64,000 bases of DNA from Albugo candida. Taxonomy: Eukaryota. Position 1 is the stretch's first letter, and every line of letters starts with the position of its first letter. Below the pieces are notes generated by a model, which made no database searches, was not told where the DNA came from, and was given only the letters and a program-made list of their open reading frames with translations. The translations under genes were made by a program, and so were the position numbers. The DNA is taken from contig JBDOQK010000005.1 of the NCBI GenBank assembly GCA_040437565.1, positions 496,001 to 560,000 on the forward strand, read 5' to 3'. This document shows positions 50,863-61,762 of the stretch, one piece after another.

Positions 50863-52353
50863 TCAACATTGGCGCTGCCACACAGATATTTTTCCGTAGA
50901 AATCGCATGAAACAATGCTTGGTTCATACGGATGCCATCGTACGTCACGCGTAATTCCATTCGTTGTCATGGCGAAGACATCAACCAATTGACCGGAAAT
51001 GATGTCATACACATAGATTCGTCCGTCAGCCGATCCTGTGTATATATACTTTTGCGCAGTGGTCCATTGGGGAGAGAAATAGCACCGGATAAGCGTCTGC
51101 ATGACAGAATGACCTCGGTACGTCATGACCGATTGATCTAATGGGTGCGAAACGGGAACGTTATTTCGACCGGGATAATTCTCGTAGCGATAGTCCCAAT
51201 AATATGGTTTGCGGAAGGGGAGTGATTGCTTATGTACTTCGGCCGTATGCGATTGTCTCAAATCCCAAAGTTTACATGTTTGATCCTTCGAGTTGGACAA
51301 AAAATAAAATCCATCATCACGCGAGCTAAGATGCGTGAGTCCATCAGTGTGACCAGGAAAAATCCCTTGAGGTTTTGCGTTTGCACCAGACAATAACCGA
51401 CGATCCCATAACTTGATGAGTGAGTCATCCGACCCACTGACAAATACATTCGAATGAAATTGACCATCAACAAAAGCGATTCCATTTACATCGTCCGTGT
51501 GTCCTTCAACATGACAAAGTGCTCTTTCCGACTCAATGTCATACAAAACGATTCCATTTGTCGAAGTTCCCGCTACGAGTTGTGTTCCCGTACTGTTCAA
51601 ATCAAAGCTCCATACACCAAAGCGCCCCTGATGAAATCGACGGTATCTATCCGTTTGTCTACCTAATTCTGAATTCGAATTTGCTTCATGCAGGAAAAAG
51701 ATCTTTTCGGTCGAACTTTCGATGGAAATCATGCGGATTTTGCTGGTAATCGTAGAATACAGAATAAATCTATCATCCGAAGCGTATTTTGCGTCGGTCA
51801 CCGTCCAACGAACTTCGCGTACCGGAAGCGAGCAATCGAGCTCCCAGTTGCTGGTTTTGTACAATGTGATGTCATCACGTTGTCCTGCAACAAGGAATTG
51901 ACTTCCATCTGAGCTAAATCCACCACAATAAAGTCTGTCTGAAAGATCCCCTATCAAGCGGCACACTTTGTTGTCTTGGGAGAGCATCAACGTTTCTTGC
52001 ATCTTGTACAATTGCGCTCTTGTCAATTCACCAAATTGTTCTCTTGAAGCGATGGAGTTGCATAACGTTTGCCTACATCCAATTCCCTTCCTTTTGAGCA
52101 AATCAGATCGGAAATGACTTCGGATCTGTTGTGCAATACGAGAATTCTTAATCAGAGCCTGTTGCTGTCGCTCATTTTCCGTGCGAGCAAACATCATTGG
52201 TAAGTACGTTTCACCACGAAAGACATGGGAAATTTGAGATTGTTCCACAGGAGATAGGGTACCATACATATCTTGATCGGTTGCGTCATGTAGAGAATCG
52301 CCCGTATCTGAATCACTTAGATGATTCATGCCATTTTCTTCCATAAGATTCAT
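50863..52353 (-). CDS. DCAF11: WD40 protein DCAF11/WDR23/LEC14B-like
   Basis: RLYCGGFSSDG, RWTVTD, GHTDDVN, SGSDDSLIKLWDRR, GHTDGLT, SNSKDQTCKLWDLR, WDYR, MTYRGHSVMQTLIRCYFSP, TAQKYIYTGS. Confidence 0.88.
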   Translation of the reverse strand: MNLMEENGMNHLSDSDTGDSLHDATDQDMYGTLSPVEQSQISHVFRGETYLPMMFARTENERQQQALIKNSRIAQQIRSHFRSDLLKRKGIGCRQTLCNSIASREQFGELTRAQLYKMQETLMLSQDNKVCRLIGDLSDRLYCGGFSSDGSQFLVAGQRDDITLYKTSNWELDCSLPVREVRWTVTDAKYASDDRFILYSTITSKIRMISIESSTEKIFFLHEANSNSELGRQTDRYRRFHQGRFGVWSFDLNSTGTQLVAGTSTNGIVLYDIESERALCHVEGHTDDVNGIAFVDGQFHSNVFVSGSDDSLIKLWDRRLLSGANAKPQGIFPGHTDGLTHLSSRDDGFYFLSNSKDQTCKLWDLRQSHTAEVHKQSLPFRKPYYWDYRYENYPGRNNVPVSHPLDQSVMTYRGHSVMQTLIRCYFSPQWTTAQKYIYTGSADGRIYVYDIISGQLVDVFAMTTNGITRDVRWHPYEPSIVSCDFYGKISVWQRQC

Positions 52354-52431
52354 GAGATTGAAGCTGTAGAAGTGATGTGCACATGACACACTATATCAGT
52401 GCATGTGACCGGAATCAATTTTACTCTTTTC

Positions 52432-53864
52432 ATGTGGGCAAATTGTTGTGTATATATCATTTTCTTGCTACTTGGTCTCGGCTCCAATTTGCCTTGGAAT
52501 GTGTTCATCACCGCGACAACATACTTTGGATACCGGTTGCAACATACTTCATATGAGGAAAATTTTCTGAGCTGGTTCAGCGTTATATTCAATCTGACCA
52601 GTCTCGCGACATTGGTTCTACGTACAGCCATTTTGAGACAGCAAAAGGAAAGAAAAGCTACCGATGCTGTATTTTTTGGGCTATGTGTGATAACAGGAAT
52701 CATCGCGTTGCACTGCTTCCTGACAATGCAACCACAAATACACGGTATACCATCCACTCGGAGCGAACCTAATTACTTGGTAGTTAACGTCACTTTTTTG
52801 CAGGAAAGCAATTTTTCTATATAACAAACATCTCAATTATGATCATCTCAATTTCGACTGTCTACCTGAATGACGGAATCTTGCGCATCCTCGCTAATTT
52901 CCCGCCTCTGTATACACAAGGAATGGTGGTAGGTCAAGCTCTCGCTGGAATTGGTGTCTCGATATTCAATTTTGTTATTCTTTACGTCAATTCGAAGAAG
53001 AAAGCTCTGATGGAAAATGAAATTAGAGTCCAGAATGAGAATACGGACGCTTTAGTGTACTTTACACTGGTTTTACTAATGCTCATTTTTTGCATTGTAG
53101 CTTTTGTATTGCTCACAAAAATGGATTTATTTCACAGATATTATGGAAATTCGAGTGAGAAAGCCAAGTTGAAACAAGAAGAATCAAGACAAGCGGCAAT
53201 CCTGGAACAGACGGATGCACACGAAAGTTTGCTGGAAAAGAACGAACCCGAAAACGAAAAAACAGAATTTATTGAGCGTCAACTGGTGGCTTACAAGCTA
53301 CGGTATCATCTGGTAACATCTGTTGTCATCTTCTTGATAACTCTAGCGATATTTCCCGGCATCACATCGTCCATTCGTTCGGTTCACAGTGATTCCAAGC
53401 GCTTCTTTCCTACGTATTTTGTACCATTGGGTTTTATTCTCTATAATTTTGGTGACTTTTGTGGAAGGATTGTAGCTCCGTGGATCGTGATACATCCCGC
53501 GAAATACCTCATGTACATTTCTTTCGGACGATTGATCTTCTTACCGTTGTTCATGGGTTGCAATATCCAAGATGCACAAGCGCACAAACTGACTCACGTG
53601 ATATTTCCCAGTGATTTTGTGGTCATTCTATTCATCTTTTTCCTCGCGTTCACTAACGGTTGGCTATGTACATTGGCACTGATGGATTATCCAGAGCAAC
53701 TGAATACTGAAAAAGAAAAAGAAGTCGGGGGAACGCTTATGTACTTCTTTTTATCAAGCGGTCTGTGTGGTGGATCTCTTTTATCCTTCATATTGCAGGC
53801 TTTGCTCCAATCTAATGGAAATCATCAGAAATTTACGAGCTTAGGCTACTCCGTTGTTGGGTGA
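52432..53864 (+). CDS. Equilibrative nucleoside transporter (SLC29/ENT), 2 exons
   Basis: LLGLGSNLPWNVFITA, YTQGMVVGQALAG, TLAIFPG, YNFGDFCGR, AFTNGWL, EKEVGG. Confidence 0.92.
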
Positions 53865-53908
53865 GAGTAAATTCAATGCACGTATTACCGAGTGAGAAAG
53901 CGAGCCAG

Positions 53909-55199
53909 CTACTGCGAATATGTTTTGTAAAGTTCAATGACACGCTCGACGTCACGTTTACATCCGAGAAATATCGGAGCACGTTCATGTATATGGCGCT
54001 ACGTGATACATCCTGCTTAGCGCTACTGGAGGTACCTGTGGCAAAATTACCGGGATAATGTCAAGTACGCGTTGCGTTCCTGTGCTCGAGATTCCTCCGG
54101 CATGTTCCATGATGAAAGACATCGGATTGGCTTCGTACAAAAGACGAAGCTTCCCGTTTTTTGACTTAAAAGTAAAGCATGTCAAGCCCATCATACGTGT
54201 CCCGCGATGAACAGAGAGCTGACCTTGGCATCTCCCGGATAACAAAATATGCCTCCATAGAGAAGTGTTCGGTGGACATCAGACACCATGCTGCCTACAT
54301 AACGCGCAGAATACCTGCATCGATCCGATCGTGAAAATCGATACAGCACTAGTTGTTCTCTATCACGTACGCTTCCGTTCCATCTGCCTTACATTCGTCG
54401 ACAAATGCGCGGGTTGCTTTATCCCACAGAGCATAATTTCCCTCGTTACAAGAGTAAATCTGTTTTTGCAATTATTCGTTCAGCAACAACACCGAATTTT
54501 TCAGCATGGAGACTTACTCTTTTGGGATTTTCGGGTATCCGGATATCGCGATGTGATAATACAAATGCCCCAATTTGTGGATCCAGTGTGAATCCGTGTA
54601 CACCATTGCCATATGTCAGGACCAGCTGTGTCGAGCTACCGTACATACAATATCCAGCGGCAACCAATTTGTTACCTGGCTGTAATATATCATTTATGCT
54701 TGAATTGGAAAAGGAGACGTCAGATCGGAATGTCACGTAATAATCGACAGCAACCTTACCTTCCTGGTCCTTCTTCCTGTTTTTCGTAAATTGCAAATAT
54801 CGTCCCAGTCGAAACATTGCAATCTATGTTGGACGATCCATCGAGAGGATCGAATGCGATGCAGTACTTGACACCACTTCCAGCGGCATTTGTTACCAAT
54901 ATTGGCTCTTCCTCTTCTTCAGATACCATCACATCAATTTTGGTGGAAAACTTGAGAGAATTGACAAAGATGTCGTTCGCCAAGACATCCAGCTTTTTTA
55001 CAGCGTCTCCAGTTGAATTTTGACTTCCATCCAGGCCATATAGCCCTGTCAGTCCGGCACGTCGGACTGCGCTTGCAATCACTTTACACGCTAACTCGAT
55101 TGAAGAGAAAAGAATAGCAAGATCTGATTTGGATTGTAGTTCTCTTTCGGCCAGAATGAATCGTGACAATGCAATCGGATTTGAGGAAGCAGAGGTCAT
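53909..55199 (-). CDS. FBP1: Cytosolic fructose-1,6-bisphosphatase class I, multi-exon
   Basis: [51 protein letters not shown]; last exon [19 protein letters not shown]. Confidence 0.95.
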
Positions 55200-56879
55200 T
55201 TTAAGATATAAGCTTTCTCTGTCTTTCCAGCGTTACGTTCAATGATGACGAGACGTTGTCATCAAAGCAGCTTTATGTGGTCGACATTATATATTGTGGA
55301 TGAGCACATCATTGTGTATGCTGAAATATAGTGATTTATTCAGATTCAACGCACACCTTGTGTCTGCAAGCGGAGTCTTATTAATTCTTCTGTAAGCAAC
55401 GGCATACATGAATCGAAAATAATCAAACATATTATATTAATTTGGCTAGAATCATATTTGTAACATAAATGCTCTCTTGCTAATTGCGGTAGATTAAATA
55501 TCAAGATGATGTTTGAAAGCGCACCGAGATTATAAAGAGCTCAATAACAAAAGCTGTGATCGAAAGAACTCTCATCAGGATGAAAGAGCATTGAGGGCGA
55601 CAATGGGATAAGAGCACAGGTGGGGTACCAGCGATACAGAACCTTTTGGTGGTCAGGTTGCCTAAACTCTCCGACACAACTTCCAACATGGATACTTGAT
55701 CTGGTATGAGTAATGATGTGAGTTTTGTGACATAAGAGCCCTGAATCTGACCCTTGACAATCAAACATGACACTGTATATGTACATTATGCCAATGTGTA
55801 TGTAAAATAAACAAATTGCCACATTTTTTGTGGAAATTCAGCCTAATCTAGCTGAGTTATAAGTGAGTCCCTGAAAATAGAATATATATGACAATATGTA
55901 TCATGTGACGAATCTGTCTTTACCGTCAGATATAGCTCCTCAGCTGTGAAGAACATATTACGGGGAATAAAAGCAAATTGCGAAGCTCTCGATCCCATTA
56001 GGCCCCAACAATATCTAGCAAACTCTTGTCGAGTGTTGCAACTTTCTTGCTTCAACACACTTTGCAGTCTCTCGAAAGCGATCAGGCTCGAGGCATGAAG
56101 TTACGGATGTAGTACTAAAATTGAGGCCTGAAAATATAGACTCTTTTCAACTAGAATCATCAACTAAAAAATAGGAATCTCTCAGCCATTGTTTTGATAA
56201 TGAAAAAACTATACTCGGAGCTACATTGAGCAAACTACAAGAAGAATGCTGTCCTGCTCTACCTGAGCCCAACTTGCACTGGGGCATACAAAGACAACGT
56301 TGTAATAATTAAGTAATACTTTGAATCTTGATGCTAATCACATCCCAAATCAGCACAATAAAACCTTCGCCAACTGCACAATGGGAAGCAGATCTATATC
56401 TAGTACGCAAAAATGATGTCTGGTTGAATAGCAACTTCAAAGTGGAGTATCGCAAGCTTGAATACTGATAAAAGAATGAGTGATAATTGGGTATCAAACT
56501 GCTTTTTAGTTTCCCGAGTCGAGTCTTGCGGCCACCTTTGATAGCATATAACATCACAGGAGATATTATCCAGCTGGCTCGTCCGCAAAAATTCCTACTT
56601 ATTGTATCCCACACACGAGCTGAAGTTGCAACGGAATGGGCAAAACCATTCCTTACATCATATGTATTAACTCAGCATTCTAGTAGCTGCATTCAAAGGA
56701 GCGATACTGGAAGACGTGTAGCCTTGATCCAACGATAATATAGAATCGAAAAATCTATCTAGGTCAATATTAAGAATCTCGTCAATGTCACGCACGTCCT
56801 TGTCATCATTTTCTTGCAAAATCCTTACAATCGGGATGACAAGTCGTACGGTGGCTACGAATGTAATTGAATCCATTAA

Positions 56880-58912
56880 CTATCGGGAGGACGTGTATGG
56901 CATTGTTGCTATGAGAGTGAATTCACGACCGCAAGCAACTGCCATGATGAAATGAGCTCTTATCATCAAGAGGTCAATATGAAATGTCTTACTTGATGAC
57001 ACTGGCCCAACGAGATTATCAAGTCCTTCCACCCTTCCAGGCACAGCACAAAATGTTTCTTCAAGATCATGAAGCTCTTTCATTCGTCCCAAGCATCCAC
57101 CGGTATTACTTCCCCATGTGAACACTTCACCATCCAGAGATAACGCGGCATTGTGGAATGCTCCAGCGCAGATTTTTTTCACAAATACATGGGACGCTAC
57201 AAGATCTTCTACCCTTGTCGGAACTGAACAATACTGCATTGCACCTTGTGCCAGCTAGTGCACAATTTGAGAGATTGCTCATGCATTTTCCGTTTATATT
57301 GCTACCTGACCAAAACGACCCGTTCCCCATGTGTAAACATGACCACCTTGCCGTAATGGAGGAATAAACGTTAATGCGACAGTGTGCCAGACCGCACAAG
57401 AAATCTCGACAACGATATCATTATTCAGTCCTTCAACAAGTTTGGCTTTCGCATGCGATAAGTTGTCGCCATGGCCTAATCGGCTTGTAACGAATCATAA
57501 TGCGGACTTTCCTTGCTGTGAAATTCCTACCCTCCATCGCCGCTACCCCACGTGTAGATCTGACCTTCCATGCTCACTATACCAGCATGCATTGCCCCGC
57601 AGGATACCTAGAAGGATACCGAGCTCATTTGCCGAGTGTGCTCAACTCAATAAACTTGAATACCTGCTTGACTCGGGCTTTGTTCATGTCAAAAAGAAGT
57701 GGATCAGGGAAAACTCCAATTGCAAACAATGTACCCGCATCTGATGCTGCGTATGCATAAGTGGTGGCAACAGCTACAGCTGTTATGGTGCATTCTGATG
57801 ATATATTCTCTGTCCATAGCTGGGGTTCGTGACAATATAGGCTGCCTGCGCGATCAACTCTTTTTTCTGTCTGATTCGTGAGCATTGACGGCTGAACAAG
57901 CTGGCCTCGCCTGTTATCTCCCCACGTGTATATATCGCCTCCTTTGGTTGTAGCAAAGCACTGAAGACTTCCTACCGCGATGTAATTTACACCCTCCCCG
58001 CACAAACGTGGAACTCTCGTCGGACTTTTAATGAACTCCTCGGAGTCGTCAACATCAGAGTCGTGGCTACTCAGCTAACGTTCTGGTAATCATTCTAACT
58101 CTCCAGAGCCCTGTTCATACAAGCCACTTACTTTCTTTTCATGATTATTGACTTGTGTGCTTGTATCCAAGTCGGAAAGCTCGTTGCAGGTTGGAGCTAT
58201 CTTTGCAAGCAAACCACAGGGTCCCTTTCGCCTCCCCCAAACATATACGTCACCATTTCTGCTGATTGCAAACGCAAGATCGGAATCATAACCCTGTGAA
58301 TGCAGCATCAAGTATTGTTGTCCGCTTCATATTTCCACTTACTGCATGTACACTTTTGATGTATTTATCTCGGAGACTTTTTACAAGTGTCGGAGTTCCA
58401 CAAGATTCTAGATTTCTATGCCCCAGTTGTCCTGAGTGTCCCAAACCGAAGCTCCATACACCACCTAAGCTATCTAAGTATTGTTGTCGCTCTACATCCT
58501 TCTCTCGATGGTAAATAATGGCTATCGAACGTACAAAGTGTGAGTTCTGTTGCTCGGATGCATTCGAGAGTATGCACCTTTATTTTTCTGCTCATTCAAA
58601 GAATCAAAAAGACCTAAAGCCTATTACGTGTATGATCGGTGTCTGATCGCAACTAAAAATGATTTGCAAAGATCGGTAGCTCACTATTGTGTCCCTGCTT
58701 CCTGCGATTGATAAGCCTCTTGTAAGACACGAGGCTTGCAGCGTCTTCGTTTTCAGAATATGAACGCATCTGAGATCAATTTGCTCCCATTCTCCGAGAC
58801 TCAGTGTATCTTCAGGCTCATCAGGTGGAGAGAAAAGGATACGACGAAAATTGTTTGCAACCTGTCCTGTGGGTGCCTGCACTGGGGCCACATTACGTCG
58901 AAGCAAAAGCAT
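56880..58912 (-). CDS. RCC1-repeat protein with N-terminal SAP-like motif, multi-exon; start uncertain
   Basis: LKTKTLQASCLTRGLSIAGSRDTIV (SAP-like); RCC1 units VWSFGLGHSGQLG, GDVYVWG, GDIYTWGDNRRGQL, AGAFHNAALSLDGEVFTWGSNTGGCLG, VACGREFT. Confidence 0.8.
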
Positions 58913-59633
58913 TTCTGCAGAATTTAAGAATGTGAATGCAACGAAAGGTCGTAAATGCTATGACTCGAATGAAGACTTTATTATTTTTATTCAACACTTA
59001 GATAACCAGGATAAAGAGCTCATCCATCAAGTGATTAATGTATGCACGGAGCACGGTCACTTACTATTACTATTCTGCGAGCTTCGACGACGTACACTGA
59101 CATGGAAAGCTCAATGCAATTATACATTCCGATATTTCAAATTAGCTGCATACTATTCATTTCGCTCTGGTCAAAATGGTCAGCCATAGTGCAATGACTT
59201 GAAGCTGCATGGAAATTGCTCTGCAAGTGTATCACTGTCCTCTTCTCTCTCTTTTCTTTCGCATCATACTTTTACTTTTCTCGCCAAATGCGTGCGAAAA
59301 GCGCAAGCGCAGGCACAGTTTGAGGTAAACAGACACCCTTCGCACACATTGACCTAAAGGTCTATCTCACGCGTGAATTTGTCGATGCTGAGGCTAATCA
59401 TTCCAATGGTGAGCAAAATCCGTCCGTCAATTACATGAAACATCACGCATGCATGTCGGGGTTTTCAACCAATAATACTCGACTCAGCGTTAGAGAATGC
59501 GTGACGCACTCGAAGCTGTCGCCGATTATCTTGGACGATACGGCGCCTTAGATGAGCACAACAGTTTGTCAAGATTGTCGTCTGCTGTTGAGTCTCTAAC
59601 ATTTATTGAGAAAAAATAGGCATTCTTCAGATA

Positions 59634-61318
59634 ATGAAAGATATGGGCTGGGAGCTTACAGACGAATCGAAAATTCGATATCGAGCATTGTTTGCAGTGA
59701 TGCGACAAGAAATCCGCGAAGATAAAATCGACTATGAGTTTCTATTTGAGCGCATATCGCAAATTGTAAGCGATCAACGTCCAAACATGCTACACGCATG
59801 TTATTCACAGACAATAATTGCCAGGCTGCGAAAATACNNNNNNNNNNNNNNNNNNNNNNNNNNNNNNNNNNNNNNNNNNNNNNNNNNNNNNNNNNNNNNN
59901 NNNNNNNNNNNNNNNNNNNNNNNNNNNNNNNNNNNNNTAATTGCCAGGCTGCGAAAATACCCATAACAGTTGGGAAGCATTTCTATACCTCGGAGCTTAT
60001 GTTTCATGTATTTCCTGGAATTTGAATTATACATGACTCATTGACCCGATTATTGGATGCTAGATCACGGTGGAACGTCTGGCGTTGGCGCTGCACGATC
60101 ACGACGAAGAATTATTCAACACGGAACGAGAAGTTCTTCGTCTCGGAGAAGGCGCCTACGAACTCTGTGAGCTGATTCAAAAGCACATATTTCCGTAATT
60201 CTCATCGCTAGCCTTGTTTTTGTTGACGAAAAAGGTGGCTAACATTCTAATGTACTCGAATAGAGCGAATGAACCTTCCAAATTGAAGCAATTTTTGGAC
60301 AGCTTCCAAGCGATATTTGAGCGTGAAAATCCAAAGGTTGTATTTTGAAGGACAGCACACAAAAGTCCTAACAAATATCGTGACTAGGAGAGCTGGCTCC
60401 TCTTCTGGGAGAAACATCGGCTATCTGATGCTGCTTTCCGGCGAGACATTATTAGAGCTTTATTTGTGTTGGAACAGGTTACAATCGGAGAACCCTACAT
60501 TGAACGTACCTTGAAAAAGAAGCCGGATACTAAGCGGTATGTGACATGCAACGGAAAGGCTTTCAACGATAATCGACATCACTGATGAGCCTCTTCGACT
60601 GTCAGTATGATCATTCCCAGAAAAGCGCTAGAAGATTACTTCACTGGAAACAGAGCTATATGGCAAGAGCTTTCTCGCATCACTTCTATTTGTCCACAAA
60701 CAGATGTACGAATCACTTGTTCCTTGTTCGTTTTGCTGAATTTAACTGTATACTTATTGCGATTTGGAAGGACGAAGAACATGGTGACAGAATCTGGTCC
60801 TCTTCCGTGCCATTTGCATCTCTTGGTACGCATCTCGAATACGCATCGATTCACTGAACTTACACAAGGGCTAAAGCGGAAACAGACTCAAAATCAGTAG
60901 ACTCTGATGCACAGGATCGACCAGCCTCTCCCGCTGATTTAAATGAAGGATCCGACACATTCAGCAGCTCGGTGAAAACAGAGCAACCATCCATGGTAAG
61001 CTGGCCAGCGATAGCGTTCATACTCTCACTACAAGTGCTCTGATGTAGTCTCCCATCCAAGATACTCGTATTTCACAACGTAGTCCTCGGGGTGGAATCT
61101 CCGCACGACGAGAGCGGGCTGGACGAAAACGCTGGACACCAGACGAAGTGGAAGCTCTATTAAAAGGTCTTCGCATGTTTGGGAATCGAGTATCAGACGT
61201 TTGGGTCTCAATCAAGCGAGAATTTAGCGATGTCTTGAAGGATCGAAGCAATGTGGACTTGAAAGACAAGTATCGGAATTTATTAAGAAGCCGGCGGATT
61301 CCATCGATTTCTAGCTAA
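59634..61318 (+). CDS. TRF-like telomere-repeat-binding protein with a C-terminal telobox Myb domain; multi-exon, last exon 61049-61318 repeated to 61745 by the assembly; 5' exons less certain
   Basis: My translation of the last exon: RKRWTPDEVEALLKGLRMFGNRVSDVWVSIKREFSDVLKDRSNVDLKDKYRNLL. The intron 60996-61048 is in phase with the upstream exon. Confidence 0.75.
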
Positions 61319-61762
61319 TTCTCCAACAAAAGCCTTCAANNNNNNNNNNNNNNNNNNNNNNNNNNNNNNNNNNNNNNNNNNNNNNNNNNNNNNNNNNNNN
61401 NNNNNNNNNNNNNNNNNNNNNNNNNNNNNNNNNNNNNNNAGCGTTCATACTCTCACTACAAGTGCTCTGATGTAGTCTCCCATCCAAGATACTCGTATTT
61501 CACAACGTAGTCCTCGGGGTGGAATCTCCGCACGACGAGAGCGGGCTGGACGAAAACGCTGGACACCAGACGAAGTGGAAGCTCTATTAAAAGGTCTTCG
61601 CATGTTTGGGAATCGAGTATCAGACGTTTGGGTCTCAATCAAGCGAGAATTTAGCGATGTCTTGAAGGATCGAAGCAATGTGGACTTGAAAGACAAGTAT
61701 CGGAATTTATTAAGAAGCCGGCGGATTCCATCGATTTCTAGCTAATTCTCCAACAAAAGCCT

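Larger units (their letters stand above)
543..61439. other. Twelve 100-N scaffold gaps, each flanked by a direct duplication (assembly overlaps)
   Basis: Gaps at 543-642, 5507-5606, 9788-9887, 19931-20030, 25488-25587, 29140-29239, 30694-30793, 41305-41404, 45781-45880, 48317-48416, 59838-59937 and 61340-61439. The sequence after each gap restarts about 20-730 nt back. Confidence 0.95.

Noticed and set aside
61018-61696. Minus-strand 83-aa ORF present twice
   Set aside because: It is the antisense shadow of the telobox Myb exon, duplicated by the gap overlap.
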